From a virus, in the IMG/VR virus record IMGVR_UViG_3300032284_002783, positions 1 to 64,000 of that record: 64,000 bases of DNA. One strand, written 5' to 3'. Each line of letters begins with the position of its first letter. Position 1 is the first letter of the stretch. The position numbers were made by a program, and so were the translations under genes. The notes beneath the pieces were generated by a model that worked only from the letters and a program-made list of their open reading frames with translations, was not told the origin of the DNA and searched no databases. Of the stretch, positions 18,055 through 27,881 are shown piece after piece.

Positions 18055-18488
18055 GTTAGTGTAAACATAGCACAATCTTCTCGATTTTCAAAGTAAAATC
18101 TGCTAAATCTCATATCAAAAATATATCCACATTCGCCCAAGTTGTGGATGCACCAAAGCTTCGCCTCTCCAGCTTTTTTATAATCGTTAACATAAACCCA
18201 CGGATAGTTTGCTGCCACGATATCGGCGTGCAAAGTAAACTTACGTCTATCATATAAACGCAAGAATTTCTTAAAATGTCCAGGTTGTAGAGGTATTTTT
18301 AATCTGTTATCATATTTACGTTTGGATTTAGACCCGTATCTAATACTGAAAATTTGACCAGTAGGTGCAGTCATTGGCTGTACACCAATAATATCATTAG
18401 CGACAACTGTTGGAACGGCTCTATGGAGTATTGTTGTTACTACCTGTGATATGGATTCTTGTGTTGATACAGTATCAGACATAGACAT
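18045..18488 (-). CDS. gp23 major-capsid motif fused to a paralog-family domain
   Basis: HRAVPTVVANDIIGVQPMTAPTGQIFSIRY plus C-terminal FYFENREDCAMFTLTWL. Confidence 0.7.
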   Translation of the reverse strand: MSMSDTVSTQESISQVVTTILHRAVPTVVANDIIGVQPMTAPTGQIFSIRYGSKSKRKYDNRLKIPLQPGHFKKFLRLYDRRKFTLHADIVAANYPWVYVNDYKKAGEAKLWCIHNLGECGYIFDMRFSRFYFENREDCAMFTLTWL

Positions 18489-18535
18489 GCAAATAGTATA
18501 CGGTCATAACCCTAGGAAATATGATAAATATTTTT

Positions 18536-19408
18536 ATGTGTGTTATAGCAGTGAAATATCTACCAGAAATTGGTTGGATAGGTGTAAAAAATAGAGATCG
18601 CGGATATTATCCAGAAATCAATATACGTAAAAGTACCAAGCATGGCATTGAACGCTGCTATATCTGGGATGCAAATACCAAGTATACAGAAGGTGTAAAC
18701 GAGCACGGCGTTAGTATTATATCGGCTAGCATGGCCACTATTAGTGATGAAAAAGGTGCAGGAACCACTACACACGAAGGTACAAATAAAAATTATATGA
18801 GTCCAGATGGTAAAAAGATTCGCACCGCGCTTTTAGAAAAAACCTGTAAATCTGCATTGGAATGCTTGGTTGAAAAAGAACTTACAGGACATACGTTTGT
18901 TTTTAATGAGAACGAATGCTACATTCTTGAGAGTGGTTACAGAAACGGAACGTTTGTTTATAAGATACAGGAAATACAACCTAATCAAGTCTGCGTTAGA
19001 ACTAATCACGGAATACTGTTGCCATGGGCAGGATATCAACGTGTGCAGACAGATCCTTCGCATAGTCGTAAACGTGTTAGCAGCGAAGTACGTAAGATTA
19101 AAAGTGAACTAGGTATGATTCCTAGCAAAACTGTAAAAGAAGCACTTAACAGTATTATGGATCACAGTGAGCCTAATCCTCAACTTAATCCCTGCAGAAT
19201 AGATGACAGAGATGGTTATATGAAAACCACTGGACAAATAGCTATAGTTCCAAAACATAGAAAACTATATTATCGTCCAATTTGGAGTGCCTTAGAAGTT
19301 GATTTTAATAAAATCAATCACGGGCATAGTAAAACATTTTTTGAAGTAATTGATGTGCCAGCTGATACAGCTAAAGCCAGTGCTAAATTAAAAATTGCAA
19401 AAAGTTAG
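18536..19408 (+). CDS. N-terminal nucleophile (Cys) hydrolase, C45/NRDE-like
   Basis: MCVIAVK...KNRDR...EGVNEHG...RTNHG. Confidence 0.7.
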   Translation: MCVIAVKYLPEIGWIGVKNRDRGYYPEINIRKSTKHGIERCYIWDANTKYTEGVNEHGVSIISASMATISDEKGAGTTTHEGTNKNYMSPDGKKIRTALLEKTCKSALECLVEKELTGHTFVFNENECYILESGYRNGTFVYKIQEIQPNQVCVRTNHGILLPWAGYQRVQTDPSHSRKRVSSEVRKIKSELGMIPSKTVKEALNSIMDHSEPNPQLNPCRIDDRDGYMKTTGQIAIVPKHRKLYYRPIWSALEVDFNKINHGHSKTFFEVIDVPADTAKASAKLKIAKS

Positions 19409-19746
19409 ACGTGAAAACTTTGACCGCACCCGCAACGACCTTTCTCGTTGGGATTAGTGAAAAAGAAACCGTTTGAAAATTCTTCTTCTTTATAGTCCAT
19501 AATTGAGCCAATTAAAAAAAGTATACTTTTTCTGTCTATGAGAATCTTAATATCATCTATAGCAATTACTTCATCTTGTGCATCTATGCTATCGCTGTAT
19601 TCTAATGTATAACTTAGGCCGCTGCAGCCTTTAGTACGAATACCAATTCTGATGCCAGCTGTGTCTTTTGACCTAGCAGCAATCATTTCTTTTATTTTAC
19701 TTGCAGCTAACTCAGTTACCTGTAGTAGCTGAGGACGATTCTTCAT
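19405..19746 (-). CDS. iscA: Fe-S cluster assembly A-type carrier IscA
   Basis: KGCSGLSY...RCGCGQSF; start at MKNRPQ. Confidence 0.92.
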   Translation of the reverse strand: MKNRPQLLQVTELAASKIKEMIAARSKDTAGIRIGIRTKGCSGLSYTLEYSDSIDAQDEVIAIDDIKILIDRKSILFLIGSIMDYKEEEFSNGFFFTNPNEKGRCGCGQSFHV

Positions 19747-21154
19747 GGGCTGGTTCCATTTGCTTTTTGCGATAATCTTCAATAGCAGCTTTAATAGCAT
19801 CTTCAGCTAACACGCTGCAGTGTATTTTTACTGGTGGCAGGCTTAAATGCTGAGCGATATCTGTATTTCTAATACTAGCTGCTTCGTCTAGAGTTTTACC
19901 TTTAACCCATTCAGTTACTAGGCTTGACGCCGCAATCGCTGAACCACAGTTATGAGAACCAACCCTATTTGAGAAAAAAACATGAGCACCATCGTCTAAT
20001 TTTAAATCATATACTATTACAGTCTTACCGTCGCGTTCACATCCTCGTAATTGATTTAGGTGAGTAATTGGCGAGATGTTGACTATTTTGATTCCGTTAT
20101 GTATAAAATTTTGTACTTTTGGTAGTGCAGTTTCTATATCTTCTATTGCTAAAAATAATGAATCGTATCCAGCAGTTGCAAGTTGTTGGCGGCGTTGCTC
20201 TACATAATTAGATTCCTCAGACCTATCTTGCATAAATTTAGGCATACGTTTTGTGTAAACTTCTATGCATTTTTTCTTACCGGGAACGATAAAGTCTGGA
20301 CTAGCAGGACCATTTATGGTTTGAATCCAAATTTTGCCAGCACTCCACACTGCTGCTACATTGTTTTCTTCAAATAAATTAATATATGTTTGTTCGATGC
20401 TAGTAGGTAAAGACCAATCACGGCGTGACATACCTTCCTGCCATTTTTTAATGTACTCACTATCTTGCCATTTTTTTAGGCTCGCTTCACGTTGTTTCTT
20501 TTTCATTGTTACCGGATCTTTACATATGAATCCGGGTTGGTTTTGTGGTAATACAGAATGATCAAAATTTTTGTTCCATTCTTTCATTCTAACACTACTT
20601 TTTTCTTTAAAATTAGCACGATGTCTAATGTTAGTTAATATTCTTAATTCGTGTTCAGTTATTTCATATAGTTCTTGACCAACCTGTAGTTGTTGAGCTT
20701 CAACCGGTTGATTATTTGCATTCCAAAATATATGTTCTTTTGTGCAAATTAGAGAGAATGTGCCAGCATTGATATTTTTTCGGCTGGATTTACGTCTAAA
20801 AGTAACAACTAATAAATCATTAATGTCAACAGAATGCTTGATAATATCTCTTATTTTTTGATTAACAATTCTTTCGCCATTCCAAGCCAGTACTTCGTCT
20901 CCTATATTTAAATCTTTGATTTTTTTAACACAGGTTGGTGTATTAATTGGAGCATTGCTGGTCAAGCAACCAAATGTTTTGAACTTAGCATCTTCAATAA
21001 GTCCTTCTGGACTTACTTTGATTTGCAGCTTCATAACATCTCCGCAAGCCGGAGCTCCTACTAAACCGGTTCCAACATTAGAATCTAGTTTATCAAGTGA
21101 TCCTATATTTCTAGGATTTTCATAATGATCTATTAGCCTACTGCTGTATGTCAT
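19712..21154 (-). CDS. iscU: Fe-S scaffold IscU interrupted by an intein
   Basis: DHYENPRNIG, GAPACGDVM, KTFG|intein|CGSAIAASS, LPPVKIHCS; spliced product about 140 aa. Confidence 0.93.
   Translation of the reverse strand: MTYSSRLIDHYENPRNIGSLDKLDSNVGTGLVGAPACGDVMKLQIKVSPEGLIEDAKFKTFGCLTSNAPINTPTCVKKIKDLNIGDEVLAWNGERIVNQKIRDIIKHSVDINDLLVVTFRRKSSRKNINAGTFSLICTKEHIFWNANNQPVEAQQLQVGQELYEITEHELRILTNIRHRANFKEKSSVRMKEWNKNFDHSVLPQNQPGFICKDPVTMKKKQREASLKKWQDSEYIKKWQEGMSRRDWSLPTSIEQTYINLFEENNVAAVWSAGKIWIQTINGPASPDFIVPGKKKCIEVYTKRMPKFMQDRSEESNYVEQRRQQLATAGYDSLFLAIEDIETALPKVQNFIHNGIKIVNISPITHLNQLRGCERDGKTVIVYDLKLDDGAHVFFSNRVGSHNCGSAIAASSLVTEWVKGKTLDEAASIRNTDIAQHLSLPPVKIHCSVLAEDAIKAAIEDYRKKQMEPAHEESSSATTGN
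19949..20968 (-). mobile_element. Intein (340 aa) with internal Vsr/DUF559-like endonuclease
   Basis: Block A CLTSNAPI, block B CTKEHIF, block F VYDL, block G SHN followed by Cys+1; internal SPDF...CIEV nuclease motif. Confidence 0.9.
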
Positions 21155-21162
21155 AAAAATAT

Positions 21163-21483
21163 TTATGCTTCTTCAATTTCACAGCGAAGTGGGAAGTTGT
21201 TAGTCCTAGCACTTAAAATAGTTTCATCACGCTTTTGTGTTGCAACTTCATGGCTGTATGTGCCTGCGATACCACGACCAGTTTCATGGATGCGTAGTGT
21301 TAGGCTGCTAGCATCATCAAAGCTTTTATGGAAAATATTCATCAACACAAGAATAACGAATTCAACCGTGGTGCTGTCATCATTGTACAGCACCACGTTG
21401 AACATACCAGGCGCACGCATGGTTACTTTTGTAGTAGTGTCAGTTTGTTCTACGGTATCAATAGCAGCCACGCATGCCTCCAA
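21163..21483 (-). CDS. clpS: N-end rule adaptor ClpS
   Basis: VVLYNDDSTTVEFVI..L...IHETGRGIAGTY..EVA.QK...FPL. Confidence 0.92.
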   Translation of the reverse strand: MEACVAAIDTVEQTDTTTKVTMRAPGMFNVVLYNDDSTTVEFVILVLMNIFHKSFDDASSLTLRIHETGRGIAGTYSHEVATQKRDETILSARTNNFPLRCEIEEA

Positions 21484-21485
21484 TA

Positions 21486-21962
21486 TTAGTCTTTTTTACC
21501 TTCAATCAAATTGCCGGTTGGATTAGTTCCAATGGCAATCTTTCGAGGCTTCATTGCTTCGGGTAGCTCATATGCAAAGTCAATAGTGAGCACACCATCT
21601 GACAGGTTACTAGTTGTTACCTGAATGTATGCATTCAAGTAAAAAGTACGACGGAAGCTACGTCCAGCAATACCCTTGTAAAGATATTTCTTATTATCTT
21701 CCTTGGCGATTTTGCCTTCAATAGTTAGTACGCCGTCCTGCAGTGTGATATTGATATCATCTGCAGTAAATCCTGCCACTGCCATACTTAGACGATAGTT
21801 ATTTTCGTCAATCTGCTCTAGATCGTATGGTGGATAGCTTGTACCAGCTGAATTTCTCACCTGATCAAGCATACGGAAAGTAGGTTCAAAACCTACGGCC
21901 ACACGATTGAGATCACGAAAAATATCGTCAAAGTAATCAGTCATTGTAGTAAGTCCTCGCAT
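21486..21962 (-). CDS. ibpA: Small heat shock protein (IbpA/Hsp20)
   Basis: SYPPYDL, MAVAGF, YLYKGIAGRSF, PEAMKPRKI. Confidence 0.93.
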   Translation of the reverse strand: MRGLTTMTDYFDDIFRDLNRVAVGFEPTFRMLDQVRNSAGTSYPPYDLEQIDENNYRLSMAVAGFTADDINITLQDGVLTIEGKIAKEDNKKYLYKGIAGRSFRRTFYLNAYIQVTTSNLSDGVLTIDFAYELPEAMKPRKIAIGTNPTGNLIEGKKD

Positions 21963-22037
21963 GTTTACCTCCTATATTAAGCGAAGTATATTAGTGAAAC
22001 CCTTTTAGGCATCTCACTGGCTAGATTTTATCTAGCA
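21963..22037 (-). promoter_or_regulatory. ROSE-like RNA thermometer in the sHSP 5' UTR
   Basis: Two upstream hairpins, then UACUUCGCU-UAAUAU-AGGAGGUA pairing the U(U/C)GCU motif with the SD. Confidence 0.7.
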
Positions 22038-22043
22038 CTGTAT

Positions 22044-22072
22044 ATATAAGCATAACTAGGTACAGTGTCAAG
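22044..22072 (-). promoter_or_regulatory. RpoH-like heat-shock promoter
   Basis: CTTG-N18-CTTATAT, close to the alphaproteobacterial RpoH consensus. Confidence 0.5.
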
Positions 22073-22077
22073 AGCTG

Positions 22078-22392
22078 TTAGTCGTTTTTTGGCAAATCAA
22101 TAGGTGATTTGTTAATTACCTTTTGTGTCTTAGGCTTTTTCTTACGAGGGGTTTCAATTTCCATAATCTGAGCGTACTTTTTCTTCCAACGAAGTTTAGC
22201 TTCACTCATTCTTTGACGCTTTAGAACACTCTGTGGTGTAAAGTTTTTACGCTTACGCAGTTCTTTATTCACACCTTCGCTATTCATTCTGCGCTTTAGC
22301 TGCGCCATAGCACCTTCTAAATTACCGTTCTTTACAATTACAGTCATACCCTTTTTACGTACACCAGGTTCGTCGTTCATATCATTCTCCAT
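22078..22392 (-). CDS. rpsU: Ribosomal protein bS21
   Basis: VIVKNGNLEGAMAQLKRRMNSEGVNKELRKRKNFTPQS..KR. Confidence 0.82.
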   Translation of the reverse strand: MENDMNDEPGVRKKGMTVIVKNGNLEGAMAQLKRRMNSEGVNKELRKRKNFTPQSVLKRQRMSEAKLRWKKKYAQIMEIETPRKKKPKTQKVINKSPIDLPKND

Positions 22393-22428
22393 AGGTTGTA
22401 TCCTTTTACAATTTATTTTGAAAGAAAT

Positions 22429-23007
22429 CTATTTATTTTTTGGCATTGCGGAAACGATTGCCAATATAGATTTTCCATCTAGTGTAGGAGCTTTTTCAAC
22501 TCTACATTCTCCAAGACCTGCTAAAAAGTTTTCCATTATAGCGAAGCCTTTATCTGTGAAACTTAGCTCACGACCTTTAAACTTGATCACAATTCGTACC
22601 TTAACTTCATCAGCTAAAAATTCTTTAGCATGATTAATTTTAATCTCAAGATCGTGTGTGTCTGTTACAGGACGAAGTTGTATTTCTTTTACTACAGTGG
22701 CATTTTCGCGTGCCTTCTTTTCCTGTTCTTTTCTAGCACGTTTTAAGCTATACACATGCTTGCCAATATCGACTATCTTAACCACAGGAGGTTTAGCCTC
22801 AGCTGTAATTTCAACCAGATCTAACCCCTGATCTCTAGCCATTTTAAGTGCTGCCTTGGCATTTACAACGCCTAGGCTGTTACCTTCTGCATCTAGCAAT
22901 CTTACTTCAGGATATCTAATTTGCTCATTGCAAACCAGCCCGGCACGTACAGGATCTTCATATCTGCGTGCAGATTTAAAATTTGGATTTATATACCTAT
23001 TGTTCAA
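22429..23007 (-). CDS. infC: Translation initiation factor IF3
   Basis: NEQIRYPEVRL, GLDLVEI..AKPPVVKI, VKEIQLRP..HDL, FKGRE. Confidence 0.93.
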   Translation of the reverse strand: MNNRYINPNFKSARRYEDPVRAGLVCNEQIRYPEVRLLDAEGNSLGVVNAKAALKMARDQGLDLVEITAEAKPPVVKIVDIGKHVYSLKRARKEQEKKARENATVVKEIQLRPVTDTHDLEIKINHAKEFLADEVKVRIVIKFKGRELSFTDKGFAIMENFLAGLGECRVEKAPTLDGKSILAIVSAMPKNK

Positions 23008-24245
23008 GATGCTTCTCCAGTAGCTTGGCTAAAAACTTTTAATGGTTTATTCATATTTTCCACAGTCTCCTTTGTAATACATACTTTCCTTACTCCTTCT
23101 TTGTAAAGGCTAGGTAGCTCAAATTGAATATCAACAAGTATATTCTCAATGATACTTCTTAGGCCTCTTGCACCAGTCTTTCTTGCCATTGCCTGTGCAG
23201 CAATTGCTTGCAGACTTTCTTTTGTAAACTCTAATTCAATTTTGTCAAGTGAAAAGAGTTTTTGAAATTGTTTAACTAATGCATTTTTTGGCTTTGACAA
23301 AATTTTAATTAATGCGTCTTCATTCAAATCCTCAAATGCAACAATAATTGGCAAACGTCCTATCATTTCAGGAATGATTCCAAACTTTACCAAATCTTCT
23401 CCTTTGACTTGTTTTATTAAGTCATAGTTGGATGTAGTTGTGTCTGGCATTTTGATGCTGGCATTGAAACCAATCGAAGTATCGTTTTCTCCAACCCTGC
23501 GTTCAATTATTTTATCCAGTCCTTCAAACGCACCGCCAACAATAAACAGGATTTGCTTAGTATTAATTGTTACAAACTCAGCGTTGGGATTTTTGCGACC
23601 GCCGTTTGGTTGTACTTTTACATCACATCCTTCGATCATCTTAAGCAGAGCTTGCTGCACACCTTCGCCGCTTACATCGCGTGTGATTGATGTGTTTTCG
23701 CTCTTTCGACCTTTTTTGTCAATTTCGTCAATATAAACAATGCCGCGTTCAGTCTTGGCAATATCTTGCTCAGCAGCTTGATAAAGTTTAGCGATGCAGT
23801 CTTCTACGTCCAACCCCACATAACCACTTTCAGTTAAACTAGTAGCGTCTACAATTGCCAATGGCAGATCCAACATTCGAGCAACAGTTTGAATAGTATA
23901 AGTTTTACCTGTACCACTGCCACCGATAAAGATCATATTACTTTTATCAATTTCAACTCCGTCAATAACAGGATTATTGATTCGTTTGAAATGATTGTAG
24001 ATAGCTACTGCTAGAGTTTTCTTAGCATAATCTTGCCCAACTACATACTCATCTAACTTATTTTTAATAACCTGTGGATGAGCTTCGGTTTCTTTAACAA
24101 TCTTTGGCTTTTCTTGTTTGATTATTTCGTACGATAGAACGATACATTCGTCGCAAATGTATACGTCATTGCCTGCCACAAGTTTGCTTACTTGAGTTTG
24201 ATTTTTTTCGCAGAAACTGCAAGAATGAATAATTTTATTAGTCAT
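23004..24245 (-). CDS. clpX: ATP-dependent Clp protease ATPase ClpX
   Basis: CSFC/ICDEC zinc finger, [32 protein letters not shown] loop, TGARGLR. Confidence 0.96.
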   Translation of the reverse strand: MTNKIIHSCSFCEKNQTQVSKLVAGNDVYICDECIVLSYEIIKQEKPKIVKETEAHPQVIKNKLDEYVVGQDYAKKTLAVAIYNHFKRINNPVIDGVEIDKSNMIFIGGSGTGKTYTIQTVARMLDLPLAIVDATSLTESGYVGLDVEDCIAKLYQAAEQDIAKTERGIVYIDEIDKKGRKSENTSITRDVSGEGVQQALLKMIEGCDVKVQPNGGRKNPNAEFVTINTKQILFIVGGAFEGLDKIIERRVGENDTSIGFNASIKMPDTTTSNYDLIKQVKGEDLVKFGIIPEMIGRLPIIVAFEDLNEDALIKILSKPKNALVKQFQKLFSLDKIELEFTKESLQAIAAQAMARKTGARGLRSIIENILVDIQFELPSLYKEGVRKVCITKETVENMNKPLKVFSQATGEAS

Positions 24246-24254
24246 GTGTCCTTC

Positions 24255-25814
24255 TTAATGCTTATATCCATAGTATTCACGATTTGAATCGTACCGTTGA
24301 ATTGGCTTATTTCTCGATATGCGTTCAATTACATCATCGGCATCAAATTTTATTTGTGCCGGAGAATTTTCTGGCTTATCCTGCATTAAGAGTTTAACTT
24401 CCTGTTTAATATCATTGCTTATAGTTGATTGTAGCACAGCAGCATTTTCTGTCAAGTCTTCCGTGACAAAAGATATTTGAGTTTTTTCTGGTTCAATATT
24501 TTTGATTGTTGTTTCTATCTGTTCTATTTGAGTTTTTTGTTCAATAGGTTCTTCTGGCTTGGGTTTTGTATCTGTAAAATTTGCAGAATTTTGCCCGTCT
24601 TCTTGTACTGTTGGCGTCGGTGGCGTTTGTATGTTATTACTCGGCGGAGTTGATGATTTGACTGCTTTTACAAAGCCCAAATTTGCTGCAATTAACATCA
24701 GCACAGCCAAAGGATCAAAAACAAATATAATAACTAGAATCATCCAAGTAACGGATTTTTCTAAAATGTTTTTATCGGCCTCTGTATTATATATAAAGTT
24801 TGCTAGATACTTAATAGGGCCAACTTCGGCTTCAAGTTTTCGATATGAAGATTCCAGGGTAAATTTTTTCTCATTAATTGAGTCAATTTCTTGGTTGCTT
24901 TTTTTAATTATAGTTTGCTGTTCAGTAATAAGTGAGCTGATATCTTCTACTTTTGTTTTACCTACTTGTTCTCTTAAACGATTAATCAATCTATTAGACT
25001 CTGCTACCTGATTTTCTACAGATTGTCTAATTCGAGCAATTTCTTCTCGTGCCAATTTAACACTGGTATTATTTTTATTAATTTCTTCAAGTTTACTAAC
25101 CAGGGCTGTTTTCTCTTCTTTTTTACCCTGCTGCCATTGCTTAACTGCCGCAGCAGTGCCTGGTCCAAATTCGCCATCGGCTTTAGTACCTACTAGCCCC
25201 TGTGCCTTGGTTATCTCTTTAGCATCTATATATTTTTGTAGTTGTTCTTGCTGATGATCTATTTCAGCTATTTGATCTGTAATTATTTTACTTTGTGAAT
25301 CGATTATTTTGCTCTGTTCATCAATTAAAGGTTGAGCTCTTTTATATGCTTCGTCTATACGTTTTTGTTCAGTATCAATTTGACTTTGAATGTTTACATC
25401 GCTGCCTGTTCCCACAGTTTCAAGTTGTTTTAATTTCTGTTCGGCTCGCTCTATACTGTTTTTATTTCTAGATATTTCGTTTTCATAGCGTTCAATTGTA
25501 GCTAGATTTTCTTTCATCTGGCTTGTTTGTTCAACATGGGCCTTGCTTAGAAATCCAAAAATACCAATACTGGTTATTATCATTAAAATAACCACAGCCG
25601 ATGTTAGATATGTTTTTAATAAAAATGGTACTTTATCCCAACTTCTATATAACCAGCTGCTAAGTACTATCTTACTTGCTTCCAGCAACCCTCCCATGAT
25701 TACCACAGGCCAAAATGCACCGGCAAATATTGTTGCTAAACCAAATACACTATAATAGGCTGCAACTGTGCTGAGACATAAAGCACAGATTAACAATAGA
25801 AAGTTTATAAACAT
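24255..25814 (-). CDS. Multi-TM coiled-coil protein with peptidoglycan-binding motif
   Basis: Three N-terminal TMs, ADGEFGPGTAAAVKQWQ, EAEVGPIKY, C-terminal TM FDPLA. Confidence 0.75.
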   Translation of the reverse strand: MFINFLLLICALCLSTVAAYYSVFGLATIFAGAFWPVVIMGGLLEASKIVLSSWLYRSWDKVPFLLKTYLTSAVVILMIITSIGIFGFLSKAHVEQTSQMKENLATIERYENEISRNKNSIERAEQKLKQLETVGTGSDVNIQSQIDTEQKRIDEAYKRAQPLIDEQSKIIDSQSKIITDQIAEIDHQQEQLQKYIDAKEITKAQGLVGTKADGEFGPGTAAAVKQWQQGKKEEKTALVSKLEEINKNNTSVKLAREEIARIRQSVENQVAESNRLINRLREQVGKTKVEDISSLITEQQTIIKKSNQEIDSINEKKFTLESSYRKLEAEVGPIKYLANFIYNTEADKNILEKSVTWMILVIIFVFDPLAVLMLIAANLGFVKAVKSSTPPSNNIQTPPTPTVQEDGQNSANFTDTKPKPEEPIEQKTQIEQIETTIKNIEPEKTQISFVTEDLTENAAVLQSTISNDIKQEVKLLMQDKPENSPAQIKFDADDVIERISRNKPIQRYDSNREYYGYKH

Positions 25815-25817
25815 AAT

Positions 25818-26222
25818 TTATTTAGAGATTTTGCCGGTACCAACTTCTATGAAATCGTGCTCGCGGTCTAAAAATTTGTATCCTGCAGAAATTACATCAA
25901 AGTGCTGGCCAATGAAGTCTAATACTTCTTCTACATTAAATGGTGCACAGCTATACAGGTCAAATTGCATCTTGCTATTGTTTGGTTCTGGCAAATTCCA
26001 TATATGCATTGTGCAATGACTTGTGGTAAGAATCACTGTAGATGTAATTCCTTCATTACCTAAATCATCACACCATGCAGTTACAGGGTCGATCATAATT
26101 CTCATTCTTACATGATTGACCATGCCTTTCATAAATTCAGTTACAAAATTACACTGGTTGGGACCAGGAGGATTTTTAATATCAGCATTAATCAAAAGGT
26201 GCAAGTGCGCTGTTGGTTTCAC
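25818..26222 (-). CDS. speD: S-adenosylmethionine decarboxylase proenzyme
   Basis: GNEGIT..ILTTSHCTMHIW, QFDLYSCAPF. Confidence 0.82.
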   Translation of the reverse strand: MKPTAHLHLLINADIKNPPGPNQCNFVTEFMKGMVNHVRMRIMIDPVTAWCDDLGNEGITSTVILTTSHCTMHIWNLPEPNNSKMQFDLYSCAPFNVEEVLDFIGQHFDVISAGYKFLDREHDFIEVGTGKISK

Positions 26223-26236
26223 CTCTAGTATCCTCC

Positions 26237-27382
26237 TTAGACGCCAGATATTTGTGTTACAGTAATATTTTGTTCAACAGTGGCTATCTTTGTCAATGTA
26301 TCAACACCGGTTGCGGTAATAGTTTCAATTCTTGCAGCGTTTGGTCTATTGGCAAATGCTCCATATGCAGCAAGTGTCGGATCAAATACTTTTCTATTGC
26401 TTTGTAATGTTGATACCATGGCTCTTGCCACAGCTCTTTTTACTGCAGCCGGGCCAACAAGAACATTTCCTGCATCTGGTTCTGTGCTTCTAGCAACAGT
26501 AACAACCTGATCAGGATGCTCATACCCTACTGTAAACTGGAAAGTTGCACATGTTCCATTACCATTAAGATTGCCTGTACGTACAACATTCCCCATAAAG
26601 AATGGAGTGGAGAATTGTTCCATTTCACTAACTGCCTGTACCCAACGCATGTTAGCACGTTCTTTGTTTTCACTTTCTACTAGTGTGATTGGATATCCGC
26701 CATAGTTGCCAACAGGGAATCCAAGCTTGGTTACTGCATTACCACTATTAATTGCCCATGGTTGACCATTGACATTAGTAAGTTGAAGTTTGTTTGCAGC
26801 TGGTTGTGCAGCAACACTAGTGCTAGGAGTGTAAGAGTTAAGCTGACTAACAACACTAGCTAGGTTACCTGCAGTAAACACAATGTTGATACCGTTAATG
26901 ACTACATTATCTCCGGTACCAACTGATGTAAAGCTACCACCAACAACGTTTGGAAAATTTTGATATGTATTTGCGGTTAGCCCAAGCTTAGATAATGCAC
27001 TGCCATTTCCTTCGGCTAGGTAAAATGCTGAACCTTCTGATCCTGGTGCGTTGGCCAAAGTTATGTAAGTTGATGCAATACGCTGATCAGCAATAATATT
27101 TGTAAATTTTGATACGGAATTAATTTTTTGAATAACCGCTGCAAGGTTCATGCTGCTGTCAAATATAATTGTATATCCATTTATGATGATAGTTTCACCG
27201 TCATTCATTACATTTGTGGTTATTGCAACTGTACCAGTTACATGAACTAATCTGTTATAATTTAGGGCTGTAGTACTATCTAAACCCCCGGCTTGATTAC
27301 CGCCTAGAGACGTGTAATCATTAGGAGTAGTATCACTCCAAGTTACTTGATAATATGTAGGGTCTAGTGAAAAAGTAGTCAT
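26237..27382 (-). CDS. Virion structural protein (internal repeats)
   Basis: T/N/G-rich, duplicated IING...LA.V...IN...KLG modules; TATAAATA upstream. Confidence 0.65.
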   Translation of the reverse strand: MTTFSLDPTYYQVTWSDTTPNDYTSLGGNQAGGLDSTTALNYNRLVHVTGTVAITTNVMNDGETIIINGYTIIFDSSMNLAAVIQKINSVSKFTNIIADQRIASTYITLANAPGSEGSAFYLAEGNGSALSKLGLTANTYQNFPNVVGGSFTSVGTGDNVVINGINIVFTAGNLASVVSQLNSYTPSTSVAAQPAANKLQLTNVNGQPWAINSGNAVTKLGFPVGNYGGYPITLVESENKERANMRWVQAVSEMEQFSTPFFMGNVVRTGNLNGNGTCATFQFTVGYEHPDQVVTVARSTEPDAGNVLVGPAAVKRAVARAMVSTLQSNRKVFDPTLAAYGAFANRPNAARIETITATGVDTLTKIATVEQNITVTQISGV

Positions 27383-27411
27383 ACTTCAATCCTTTGTATA
27401 TTTGATTTAAT

Positions 27412-27419
27412 TATTTATA
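27412..27419 (-). promoter_or_regulatory. T4-type late promoter TATAAATA
   Basis: Exact consensus. Confidence 0.7.
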
Positions 27420-27446
27420 CAAAAGAATAAGATGTACTGGGTTTTT

Positions 27447-27881
27447 CTAAACGAAAAATTCAATATGCGGCGTTGTTCCAATCCAGCCTTGTCCGGTTGT
27501 GTAGAGTACTCTGTTAATATTGTGCTCTTTAATAGCACGAGAACATCCTTCACAGGGCATGCTTATAGCCGGATTTCCTGCATGTGTAAGACGAAGTATA
27601 TACATGGTGCTACGGTCAAACAAATGTTGCAGATCTCGTTTTAGAGAATTGTTAATCGCAGCCGTTTCTGCGTGCCAAAAAACAGCATGCGGATTTTTGC
27701 GATATCTAGCCTGAAACGGGTGTGTCTTGCTGCTGTTATAACCAATGCTTAACACCTCACCTCTGTGAGCCAAAATAGCACAAACTCTAGCGCCAGCATG
27801 AGGCGTAGAGTCCTGTGCAAGCTTAAGAGCTAGACGCACAAACCAAAGATCTCTATCAGAAATATCCGTAGATTTATACAT
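27447..27881 (-). CDS. Zinc-dependent cytidine/dCMP-type deaminase
   Basis: HAE ... PCEGC. Confidence 0.85.
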   Translation of the reverse strand: MYKSTDISDRDLWFVRLALKLAQDSTPHAGARVCAILAHRGEVLSIGYNSSKTHPFQARYRKNPHAVFWHAETAAINNSLKRDLQHLFDRSTMYILRLTHAGNPAISMPCEGCSRAIKEHNINRVLYTTGQGWIGTTPHIEFFV

